A stretch of 64,000 nt of DNA from Andalucia godoyi And28 (Eukaryota; Protista; Jakobida): NCBI GenBank assembly GCA_009859145.1, contig VRVR01000027.1, positions 112,981 to 176,980 on the forward strand, read 5' to 3'. Made by a program: the position numbers and the translations under genes. Below, in pieces: positions 11,071 through 22,138 of this stretch; position 1 is the stretch's first letter; each line of letters opens with the position of its first letter. A model generated the notes under the pieces. The model did no database searches, was not told where the DNA came from, and saw only the letters and a list, made by a program, of their open reading frames with translations.

Positions 11071-11536
11071 TTGCCAGAACAGGGTCTTCGTCGTTTTCGT
11101 CGTTGTTCAATAGAACAATAGAACAAGCAGTGAATAGAAGTGATGAAGACAGAACCGAAACCCAATACGAGATTCGTCTTTGAAATGTCACAAAAAGTGA
11201 GAGAACGAACTTCTGCTTTTCCAGAGGTGCTGAACTCTCTCAGTGCAGAGCAGAAGGATAATCAACTTGGAAAAGCGGAGTTGCGATGTTTTCGAGGACA
11301 AAAACGCGAAATGTGCAACGTGCTTTGAAAGGAAACTCGAGCCGTTGGAGCTCGTCGGCCTACCAAATCGAGCACAGTGGACATTCAGCTGGTCATACTC
11401 TTTGAAGACACTGCTCCGTCAGTTTTTTGATTGTCCTATCCGAAGTTTAGACCACCTTTCAACAAGTTCCAACAGAACACTTTAATGGTACAGTATGAAA
11501 AGTTGTTTGGCAGGCTTTCGTTTGCAAGCTCCGAGA

Positions 11537-13012
11537 TCAACGAGCGGCGCTGAACACACGCTTGGACCAAGGTAATTCATCGTCGTTTTCGTCATTCGCA
11601 CTATCTGCTCCATCCGTTGCTGCCGTTTCGCGATCTCGTTTCACTCGCACATTTGTAACGAGCATTGATGAGAACCAATGCTTCCGCTTCTTCGACTTGA
11701 CAGACATAACGGGCGATACGGAGTTCCACTCAGCAACTCGTGCTCTGTGCGCACTCAGACCATGAATAGAAAGCCGCAGTCGAAATGGAGTGCGCATCCC
11801 AATGTTGATAAATGAAAGCAACGTAGGCTGAAACCTGTCCGTTCTTCCAATCCACGTTGACGTCTCCTTTCGCTTCAGATGAAAAGGACCTCCGCAAGTG
11901 AACCGAAGTCCCTCTTCCATGACGTCAGTTGAAACTTCATGACCAACTAGCGACAGCTCCATCTCATAACCGCAAATCGTTGTAAGGTCCAACTCGTTCA
12001 AAGCTGGCAATTCAAAAGGATTCAATTCCATTCGCAACTGCATAGTGTACATTGACGTTTTGTACCACTCCGCATCTTCCGGCTGATTTTTCGATACCGC
12101 GGATGTCCAGTTGTGGAAAGACGTACGTCCCGTCTTGGTCTGTACCGACCAACCACACAAGCCAGGAATCGCTGGAATAGACCAATCCAACGCAGGATCT
12201 AAAAAGTCAAACTCGTTGGTATTTTCGGTAGCGTCACGTGTTGATGGAATCTTTTCTGGTTGGGTGTGCGGCGACCCAGCTGTACTTGAATGTGAACTAC
12301 TCGATGACGAACCAGACGGTCCATTGCTCATCGAAAACATTCCGGGGTTGGCTATCGATTCCCCACTATATGCAGAGGCAATCGCCATGACATCCGACGC
12401 GGATAAAGAAACGAAGTGAGGAATTGAAACGGGAGGTGGAAGAATCGTAGTTTGATTCACTGCAGACGCGCTGATACAAGAGACTGGGACGCGACCCATT
12501 TCAAGAGTTCCCAGCCGTGGTTGCTGCGGTCGCAAAGGTTTGATAGGAGTATCTGGCGGAGTTGATACTTTGCAAGCTGCATCGTTCGAATTTGCGAGCA
12601 GTGGAAACATCGGCATTCGATGGCTTCCTGCTTCAGGGTGCGCGGCAGTCATTCCAGCACCATCGAAATCGACTCCATGAAATGCATTGACAAACGAATG
12701 TTCAACCTCGGGATTTGCAGTTTGTGCTGCAAATTTGTACAAGACGTTCGTTAAGAGAGTTGGTGATGAGTCGTATTGAGTGGAACAATCCGAGGGAGAG
12801 ACGATGAAATCATCGGGAAGAAGAGTTGGAATCAAGGTTTGATCAACCCTCATGCCACCAACATTGAAATTGCTGTTCACATTCTGTCTCTGCAAGAGTT
12901 GCTCAACTCCGGAGTGATCGCCATGATGGAGGATGCGAAGCCGGATGAGCAGGTCTTGAAAGGCGCTGCAGCTTCCGATATCCGAGAGGGTGTTTTGAAG
13001 ACCGTTTTGCAT
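11537..13012 (-). CDS. Uncharacterised protein, WYKTS family copy 1 (putative DNA-binding protein)
   Basis: Long ORF, first ATG at 13012. Low-complexity Ser/Pro N-half; C-terminal region VQTKTGRTSFHNWT...WYKTSMY...FRLRL...SPVMSVKSKKRK, shared with the 24882-26009 gene. Confidence 0.75.
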   Translation of the reverse strand: MQNGLQNTLSDIGSCSAFQDLLIRLRILHHGDHSGVEQLLQRQNVNSNFNVGGMRVDQTLIPTLLPDDFIVSPSDCSTQYDSSPTLLTNVLYKFAAQTANPEVEHSFVNAFHGVDFDGAGMTAAHPEAGSHRMPMFPLLANSNDAACKVSTPPDTPIKPLRPQQPRLGTLEMGRVPVSCISASAVNQTTILPPPVSIPHFVSLSASDVMAIASAYSGESIANPGMFSMSNGPSGSSSSSSHSSTAGSPHTQPEKIPSTRDATENTNEFDFLDPALDWSIPAIPGLCGWSVQTKTGRTSFHNWTSAVSKNQPEDAEWYKTSMYTMQLRMELNPFELPALNELDLTTICGYEMELSLVGHEVSTDVMEEGLRFTCGGPFHLKRKETSTWIGRTDRFQPTLLSFINIGMRTPFRLRLSIHGLSAHRARVAEWNSVSPVMSVKSKKRKHWFSSMLVTNVRVKRDRETAATDGADSANDENDDELPWSKRVFSAAR

Positions 13013-13696
13013 GCTGTTCAGAGGTTGGTTGTTCCGCACCGACTGAAGAATATTGGAAGTTTCAATATATCAAGCGAAAAACTGAATCAATGAGAATGGA
13101 AGGATCGCGAAGTGTTTTTGAAGCCTTCGAGAAATTTCACAGAGTATCTTTAGACTGCACTGGAAGAAACAACCAAAATAAATAATCAAAGCAACTCAAG
13201 CGGACCACTTTGTTACGCTGCAAGATCTCGGCCGTCTCGAGGTAACGGCTTGCTTGCAAATTGCAACCGCACTTCCCTGTACATCGGACACCGCAATTCC
13301 AGCACGGTGGCGATTTGAGATTCCCCCGGTTTTGCTCGTCCAGGTTCCACTCGCGAAACGAAATTACCAATGTTTCCCGAAATAGCCGGAAATAGCATGC
13401 CGGATTAGGATGCTTCCCGGTTTGCGGTCGGAGTTTGCCGACTTGAAGTGCCATTTGAACTTCCGAAGACAATGAAATCCGCATCTCGTGGAAACTCCTG
13501 CCAGAACTGCAACTCGCACAAGGTTGTTGCCCACACAAGAATTTTCACTGATGTTTCAAGAGACGATAAAAAATATGACAGAGCGGAGCAAATTCCGTGG
13601 AGAGACTCATTCCACAAAATTCTTCGCAAGCACGCGATGAAGACATTCGTCTAATTCTCATCTTTGAGACTTCGCATTGAAGGCTTGATTCGCATT

Positions 13697-14784
13697 ATGT
13701 TCGATCTCTACAAAACAAACATTTGCAGCAGAAGTATGAGCAGATCAGTGCTATGCAAACCCGGGTGGCTGCGTTGCGGCATTGCGATTGTGCCAATGGC
13801 TGCCTACCTTGCAACATCCCAAATAACCACTGACAACATTCTGTTCGACGCTGTTCTGTTTGCTCTCCCCGCGTTTGCCATCCAAACCATATTGTATTTT
13901 CACGGTATGTTTGTTGAGCGGATCCTTGTATGCCTTGTACCACACACGGTCGATGTTGATACGCACGCATTATGCACTTGCAAGGTCACTGGAGACAGTG
14001 CTGCAACACACGACGGACGATTCGGAGAACTCGGGACGGTCTCGGATGTCCACGAACATCACACACAATCTGGCTCGACTGCAGAATCTTGCGAATGAGA
14101 TACCGAAGTTTGTCCCTTCGACGGCGCTGCAGAAGATGAAGAACGGTTGTGATGGGTCGCCACAGATGATCAACGCCGCTGTCATGTTCTTGGACATCGA
14201 GAACTACACGGGTCAGTTGGCTTCTCGGCGATTCATTGGCGCTCCTGCAGCAGATCAGCAACGCGTTTGATGGATTTGCAACTGAAATTGTGGCCCAACA
14301 AGGTGTCGTTGACAAGGTTGTGGGCGACTGCCTCATGTGCTTCTTTCCTGCACTCGCCGATACTTCCCACGACGTACGCTCTTGTCGCGCTGCCATCTCT
14401 TGTTTTGAGGTCCTCACCAACCTTCACGAGTCATGGCAGCGACAGGGACACGACTTGCTGCAGATTCGAGTTGGCATTGCTTCCGGGGCTTGTTTTTGTG
14501 GCAATTTCGGAGCTCCTGGTCATCGAGTACAGTACACGGTCATGGGCGATGTCGTCAACATCGCTTCCCGATTGCAAGGGCTTGGCAAGAGCTACGGAGA
14601 AAGAATCATCGTTTCGCGGTCCGTCGTCGAAGGCATCATGTGGGATCCTCTTGTTTCCTCGTGGACGGCCTCGGCACTTGGGAGGGAAACCCTACGTGGA
14701 AGGGACTCCGTGTCCGACATATATTGCCTGAAGCAAGCAGTCCCATCTGCTGATGTCCGACTTTTTCCAGTTGTGGCTCAATGA
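13697..14784 (+). pseudogene. Membrane-anchored class III adenylate cyclase-like gene, broken by at least two frame changes
   Basis: Three overlapping frames give a hydrophobic N-terminus, then KFVP...AAVMFLDIENYT, then DKVVGDCLMCFF...IRVGIASG...GNFG...YTVMGDVVNIASRLQGL. Breaks lie near 13905-14000 and near 14220. Confidence 0.75.
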
Positions 14785-15971
14785 ATGTGTGAACTCTGGT
14801 GGTGACAGAAAATGCTCGTCATCGAAGATCTGCAGCTTGCTTCTGACTGATGAGAAGTAATTCTGCAACGAACATGATCGAGAAAATGAAAGAAAGAGTG
14901 GTTGTGAGGAGGCTTTTTTTAAATGTATTCTAAATAAATGCTTGGTTTGTGAATGGTTTATAAATAGCTGGTCATTTTTGGAGATTCTTTCTGGTTTACC
15001 GCGCTGGCGGGGACTCTATTCCTGGACGTTCGCCGGAGCAGAGCTTGCGTGCACCTTCCCAATTCGGATCAGAAAAAATATAAATGGTCGGGTTGCTGAT
15101 TCTGCTTGCATTCTTGTTCGGTGCGTCAGCAAATAACGAGCATCGGTCCAATCAAATTTAAATCGAGAAGAACGATGGACAATGGGCTATAGATAGTCCG
15201 GTATCAGTAACCTTTGGTTGAGTGAGAGCCATTATTGGAACTGGAACCCCGGATCTGTTTCTCGACTATCGACATCATCATCGTCTGCTTCGAAACTGTG
15301 ATCCCACGAAGAAGTCAGCCATTTAACGTCGAAAATGACGAGATGCGGGCATTCATGGCCTCGCACTCGCACGTTTTGCATCTTGAAGAGAATGAACTCT
15401 GCATGTTCGGATGGCCGTGCCGAATCGATAGCATGCAAAGCTCTGACGAAGATTGGAGCTCATGAAATTCCAGTCTTCGCAGATCCTCCCGTCCACTTCG
15501 TTGGCAGCAGACGGAAAATCGCTTGATTCCTCTTTGTGAAACCTTCGCCTGCAGGATGATTGGAAGTGCGTTGCGATGGTTACGATGGCGGGTTAAGCCG
15601 TCGTTGTTCGATTCTCTCTCAGGGCACCTGAATCTCGCAGAACCTTACGTTTTGAGTTCACAGCGCTGGGTGGGCAGACTGCGAATGCAGGCTCTGGAGA
15701 AATCCAGGAATGTCTCCAGGGAGGGCTGATGCAAGCACAAACCGGCATGGAACAATCGGACAAAGAAGGCAAGGCACGATTCCACTTTTGGCACATCCAA
15801 TTGAATCTCCAGCTATTTTTGGAGCCCTCTGCTTGCACTAAGGATTACGGTAGGGGACCGACACCGTTGGGCGTGCAACTTCAACCACATTCAGAAAGAG
15901 AAAATGTGCAACACCGGCCAGCGCGCCCCTGCAGGCAGTCTTTTCGATGATCAAGTTGCTAACGGCTTCCA

Positions 15972-16382
15972 ATGTCCAAACCAGTGTCTGCTTTCTACAA
16001 GGAAGTGATCAGGACCACACTGCAGACTTGGGAGCATATCCTGGGCTCCAATTCGTGGGCGAAATTGCCAACATTGTGTCGGTATCTTGATTGGGCTGAT
16101 CATTTGCTCGAAGCATTTGATCTGTTGTTGGATTTGAATGAGCATTCGGTCTTGGATTCGGCAATGTTCCGGTCGGTATGTGAAAACACTGGCCGGTATA
16201 CCACGTGCACACTTGAAGATGAGGATCATCAAATGTTCAGAGCTTTGTTACTGATGCTTCGGGAAAAGATGACCAAGATTCAGGATGGTAAGAACGATGT
16301 TCTGCACATTTCCAACCTTTTGCGCGATCTCGATTCGAACTTTGAAGAAGCCATGATCCGATATGTTCTGCCCATAATGTAA
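15972..16382 (+). CDS. Hypothetical helical protein, possibly the 3' remnant of a decayed gene spanning about 15235-16382
   Basis: 136-aa ATG-initiated ORF with protein-like composition. Upstream co-linear short ORFs are separated by stops. No motif recognised. Confidence 0.3.
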   Translation: MSKPVSAFYKEVIRTTLQTWEHILGSNSWAKLPTLCRYLDWADHLLEAFDLLLDLNEHSVLDSAMFRSVCENTGRYTTCTLEDEDHQMFRALLLMLREKMTKIQDGKNDVLHISNLLRDLDSNFEEAMIRYVLPIM

Positions 16383-17029
16383 ATAGAATTTCATTTGTGT
16401 GTCTGATCTTGCTCTCTTGATTGAAAAATCAGCTCACACGAAAGTGTTACGGATACTGAAATTCAAGTGCGAGAATGAAGATCTACGTGAAGGCAACAGT
16501 CGGCATCCTGAAGTGGAGACGGGAGCAGACCAAGTGTAAAGAGGGCGACAGACAACGTCCACCTCGGACCGACACATTTCAGCTTGTCCAAGTTGGCATT
16601 CACATAACTCAACAAGAAGCTGTATAAACCCTTATTGCTCAGATTCGGACGAATGGGCATACTGACACGTTATGTGAACTCGGTGAGCCAAGTCACGAAA
16701 CGTTGCAAATCATGAAAGTCTCTCATGATTTTTAGTGCATGCTCTACGAAGCTTTCGAAAAGGAGCTTTGTGTACCCACTGAAGAAGCTGCCGTATGCCT
16801 TCCTGCTTGTCCGATTAGACGTCGATCATGATGGCACAAGCGGGCTGGAAGGATTCTCATAATCGCAGAGGAATCAAAACGTGTCTGTGGCTGGTCGACA
16901 TTAGATAAGATTCGTAGAGCCGACTTGCTGTTCACACTCCCTTTCAAGAAAGCAGCTGGCGATTGCAACGCCATTTGAATGGAAGGGAAGGCGTGAGTGT
17001 CACAAATGATAGGAAATCCAGTTCATCAT

Positions 17030-17650
17030 CAGCTAATACATTCACGAAGCAGTAAATCGTTTTCACAAACACTCTGCGGCAGACGAAGAATATAAAATAC
17101 ATCCGAAAAGCAAAACTCTCCACCGTTACAAAACATAAGGAATATTTCTGTCAATCCAAGTGCTTTCGTTGCGATAAAATGACGACGCAATTCGAAATCA
17201 CGAGATCCATAGACGAGCCTGCAACATCTGCAGGAACCACATACTCACTGAAGCCCTGGACAAATCGAAGATTCACATATGGATACTGCAATACATCCTG
17301 GCAAAAACGATCAACATGGCATCGTGAAACGTCGAGTCGCTCGACGGTTATGTCCACTCCCGTTACAGACCCGGCAGGTCCGACCATCACAGCAATCCCT
17401 ACCAGAACCGGGGTCGGAGGTCCAGATTGTGCAAGTCGTCGATGCCGGTGTGAAGAAGCGTCACACAGTCATGGTACTTGGACAGTATTTCATCCGGAAT
17501 ACGATAGAGGATGGAGCGTAGTCGAGCAGGAGGAGGACCGGAGTACAACACGCGGACGTTTTCAAGTCGGCAGGTGAGCCAAGCACCTTGTCATAATGGC
17601 GCTGCACAGAGTCGTACAAAGCATCTGCGGAGTCGTTGTCACCTTTCGAC
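17030..17650 (-). pseudogene. arsM: Arsenite S-adenosylmethyltransferase (ArsM/AS3MT) pseudogene
   Basis: Manual minus-strand reading across several frameshifts: DSVQRHYDKVLGSPADLKTSACCT / PPARLRSILYRIPDEILSKY / LDL..PGSGRDC / VGPAGSVTGVDIT...NLRFVQGF...SMDLVISNCVVILS / EIFLMFCNGGEFCFSDVF...LLRECIS. The blocks are in ArsM order. Confidence 0.75.
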
Positions 17651-17980
17651 GTTGAACGCGATACCGCAACGCTATCTATGAAGGGAAAAAAATTCGAGTA
17701 CAGAGAAGATACGAAATTGAGGGAAACACGGAAGAAAGAAAATAGATGGAAGAAATTGGGAGAGATTTTTGGATGAGCAGGATATCGAGAACACTTTTTG
17801 TCCCCTCTGTGAGTCGGTGAAATCTGAGACTCATGGGGAAGTTGCGAGTTCGGGGATTTTCGATTTCACCAGGACTTTTCTGCGAATTGCATTTCTTGTT
17901 GTCGATTCTTTTTCCTTGTTTTTCCTCTGCTTTCTTTATTTCTTCCAACCTCCTTCCTTCCTGCATCCACTATTCCAGTC

Positions 17981-19851
17981 ATGAGTTCGTCTGTTCCGAA
18001 TGATGAAATCCAGAGGCTGATCGCGAAAATCGAGCAGTTGAACCGTGCAAATGAGAAGAAACGCGAAGAAAAAGAACGAACCTAATTTGCTCTTGAACAA
18101 GAACGGAAGGAGAAAGAATTGACGCAAATAGCCGTTGATCTTGAAAGACAAGAGAAGGAGAAGGAATGCCAAGAGAAAGAGGCGGAGCATCAAAAAAGAC
18201 TTGTTGGCATTGGGGTCGTCGCGCAGCCACACCACCAGTCTGTTCACCACGAACGTCTCTCTTGACTATTTGTTTCCCTCTCTTTCCAACCTTCCGTACT
18301 GGGATGATTTCCAGGCAATGTAGAGCGAGACGGTAGGGGCGCTTCCTTCGGACTCATGTTCTGAACCACTCCTTCAAGACCAGTTCCGGTTGTTCATCAT
18401 GCGATTCCTCTCCAAGCACGGCGACATGCATCTGGTGGATTTTTCGCGGAGTGGTCTCTATGGACAGAACCAAAAGGTGGATTTGCTGATCTGCATCGGT
18501 CGTCTAGCTCTGCGGCGACCCATATACTCTGGATCAAGCATCGCCGGGGAACTCAAGGGATCCGATCGACTCGACGGCACACCAAAGTCCAAGCTCTCCG
18601 AGGCCATACAACAAGTGTATCAGCGATTTGCGCACATTGTTCAGGAATCCGGAATTTCTCGCCGGGTTTGCTGGGGATGTGCGTGCAACCGGAATTTCAT
18701 TGTTTTTGTTTGTTTGCGCATTTTCGATTCCGAGTCTGGATGGGACTATGAACTGCTGGAAACTGCGCCCATTGCACTTCAAGAGGACGGTATGAAAGGC
18801 CTTTGATTCTTGTTGTCCAGCGATCCACATGCCTTGTGCGGTTGGAATGGTGCGCCGCCACCAGTTGTCTCTGAGTTGTCTTCTGGAATCGCGCGCTCGT
18901 TGTCCATTTCGTCGAGACTGGAATTGACTGGAATGCTGCAATGTGCACCGGTCCATGGTATCGGGAAGATGGATGCTGTGGAGCTGGCGACCGCGACTCT
19001 TGATGCGACGAACTCCATTGTTGTCAAGTGTTTTCCGGCATCGAAGCAAGCGGAATGGACCACCGAACTTGGAGCACTGCAGGAACTTTCCAGAATCGAC
19101 TGGGGCCGTCATCGTTTCTGTGTGCCCACTCTCTTGCATTCCGAACAGTCCGATCATGGAGCAATTCTGTGCACTGCGCCTGTAGGCGTGCCGTTGCCGC
19201 TTGCATCGTGTTATCCGGACCGCTCCCTCGTTTTCTGCACGGAACTTTTGCAGCAGTTGACCAGCATCATACTACAGTGCAGCCAGAATGGCGTGCATCA
19301 CATGGACATTGATTCGCAGAATGTGGTGCTGTTGGAGGAGGCGCAAAGCGACTCTCTGTTTCCCATATGTTTGATTGACTGGGGCGGTGCGTCATTCATA
19401 CAAAAGCGAAATGCAGAATTTCACTATCACGCAGCCTTCTCGCCCGACTGGCTGGATGCGGTGGCATCGTTGGCCGATCTGTCCCGATGGCGAGCGACTG
19501 CAGGTCTGCTTGCAGCAGGCCATGTTGACCACTATGTGCATCGCTTTCGACGACGTGCTCTCGTGGCTGCCGCCAATGGCAATCGTTCTTGATAAGAAAA
19601 ACCTGCTACAGGATTCGCATACCCGTGTGCGAGCAAAAACGGAATTGTTTTCGATTCGAACGGAAATTGTCGCTCATCTCCTGGATGTCTCGCTTGACAC
19701 GCCTGTTTTGAACGGCCTTGGACCTCTTCGTTTGTTTTTCCAGCAGCTGAGGGATGCGGTTCCATCACTTTTTGAACTGGAAGAGCGAAGTAGTGCAGAC
19801 AATGCGATGGCAGTTCGAATACGAGAGTTTTGCGTGACATCGAGATTGTGA
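17981..19851 (+). pseudogene. Crinkler/CR-like effector pseudogene: coiled coil + PD-(D/E)XK nuclease-like domain + protein kinase-like domain
   Basis: ATG 17981 opens an E/K-rich coiled coil. After a frameshift near 18195 one frame reads through stops at 18321 and 18804: KVDLLIC...IAGELKG...AIQQVYQRF, then IVVKCF...ELGALQEL...VPTLL...PVGVPL...HMDIDSQNVV...LIDWG. A second shift near 19500 gives MLTTMCIAFDDVLSWLP. Confidence 0.7.
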
Positions 19852-20130
19852 ATGTTGGCGATCCCGAGAACGCAGGGTGCATCTGGCTACGTGTTATGGG
19901 TCTCTCTGACCCATGATTCTGCTCCGCGTTGGTTTACAATCTCATTCTGGTTCCATAGAGATCGTGTGAAAGGACAGAACATGATCGCGATATTGTCTTT
20001 CGAAATAAACAGTCATGTCCCGGCATAGATGAAACTTGATCAATTTGGCCTGAGCGATGACAAAATGCGCTCTACAACGTTACAAAAAGAAGAGCACCAT
20101 CATCTTCCACGGTTTATTTGAATCCTGGTT

Positions 20131-20822
20131 TCATCGACTTGCCGCACGGTCGTCCATACCTGGTCTCGTACCCTCATTGTAACCGTCTTCTCCCGTTTGT
20201 TGCGCCCATACCTCTGCCTCTGCCTCGAGGAATGCTTCTCGACACATTTCAAATTCCTCTACACTCTCAACTTTTCCGATTTCCTCAGCTTTCACCACGA
20301 GCGCTTCATTTTCCGAGCAAAGACGAACCCATTTTCTTGTTCGTCGCGTTTCTTCATTGATGTATTCTTGCATGGCATCGCTCAACGTCGTCGGTGCTCC
20401 CACACGCAACTTGGCGTCGAGGAATGCAAGAAAAGACTCTGCTTGCATTGACCGTCTGCTTGGGGCAGTTTGTGCTCTCGGCTCGATTGTCGCGTCTTGA
20501 GCATCCGGATTTGTGTACGAAGAGCTCCTGTGTCGACCGCCTGTGCTCTCTCGAACTGTCATGGACGGATCAAAACCCTTCTTGGAGTGTAGCTTTCGTC
20601 GTGGCCAGACGCTCCCTCAAATTACTCTATCGAGGCAAATCACAATCGGTCGCGACAATAGTATGGAATTAGAAACGCACATCGACCATTTTGCAGTAGA
20701 TAGAGAATTGCGTCCTCCTGTGACGCAACATCACCAGGTTGAATGCTTGAGGAGGGTCTCAACTCCCTGTCGCGATAGATGAACGCCATGACTTGCGTGC
20801 GCAATTTCCATACCTCTTCCAT
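20131..20822 (-). pseudogene. Hypothetical decayed coding region
   Basis: Two protein-like ORF pieces (20640-20822 and 20131-20562, the latter acidic/helical) separated by stops. No family recognised. Confidence 0.25.
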
Positions 20823-20825
20823 CTG

Positions 20826-21732
20826 TCACCATTCGAACTTCAGATCTTCTTGAGACAGATCCTGAAATTTCAGCAGCCGATCCTGACAGACTCGTTGGAG
20901 AGACTGCATCATGAGCTCTACATCCTCGATAATGTTGTTCCGAAATTGTCTCAGCGGCGCCAAGATGCCATCAGTACAACGCATTTCATCTTCTAATTTC
21001 TTTGTGAACTCATCTATTTTCGCTTCTTCTTCGATGCCGGACCGCTGGACCAAAGTAAAATAAAAAGATGCAGCAAAGTGTTTGACAACAAAATATTCGA
21101 TGACACCCATCCAAACGTAAATGTCGCACATGAACTTCATCTTTCCTCGATAGAATGCAGGAGTACGCTCACGCAGACATCGAGCAACCTCTGGAAACAC
21201 GAGATGCGTTTCATAAAAGTCTTGGACAGAGGCAATGAATTGCGAATTCATCCACCGTTTCGCAGGCTTTTGTTCGAATGAAGAGGATTTGAGAAGTCTG
21301 TGTAATCTCTGAGTCACAGCTTTTGAAGAAATGCTTGTCAGCGTGCCGCGCATGAGTGCCACAGAATTCCACTTTTCGAGATGTGCAATGGATTGGCCGA
21401 TTCCCTCGCAGCAAGCGCAGACGCATTGGACCACGAGATTGACTGGCTTCGACGAGTAAAGACACGACAACCGCGTGAGTTCGAAATGCTCAAACCCCGC
21501 ATACTTGCAATGAGCGAAATAGGATGATTGCGGATGTTCGTGAAGATACAAAAGTCTGGATTTCGAAAGCGAGAACAAATGTGGTGGAGAGCGGTGGGAT
21601 GGCAAGAAACGCGGCTTTCTCCTTTTCGAACAGCCTTTGCTACAGGAGGAGCATATTCTTCATCCGATGACCATTGCCCCTCAGATTCATCTTCTGAGGA
21701 TGAATGCTCCCCATGATCGTCATTCGAGGACA
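20826..21732 (-). CDS. Hypothetical protein, frame change near 21560-21600
   Basis: ATG at 21732 (MSSNDDHGEHSSSEDESE, acidic) overlaps a 259-aa helical ORF in another frame. Confidence 0.4.
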
Positions 21733-22138
21733 TTTGGGAAATCTGAAAGAAAATTGAGAGGAAAAACTTGCTTCCTCGAGCACAATTCTCCGAGTTTTGA
21801 GGAAAGGTCGAAGTTGAGTACGCGTTCTGGGATTCCCAAGGATTGCGACTCATTTTTTCCCTCACTTTGAGCAAGATGCCAGAAAGCCGGCCAAGGTCCA
21901 CTGCTGATCAGAAGCCGAACAAAAAATGTGCCAGCTGAAAATCCCCGCCACAGCCGGCGTGTTGTTCAAATTTCAATCCAACCTCGGCATCAAGTGAGGC
22001 GCGGCTTCCTGCTCGCAGCGAGTCCGCTCAGTGGTCAACTGGCACTCTTTGAAAAAGTTTCCCCGGGGCTTTCCAACTCTGAATCGTTTGTCGGTTGCGG
22101 GAAACCCCTCGTAAGTGGATTGTCGTAGCGTCATATTC

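Noticed and set aside
13905-13918. 14-nt GTATGT...AG micro-intron in the small cyclase
   Set aside because: Splicing enters a frame that stops within about 13 codons.
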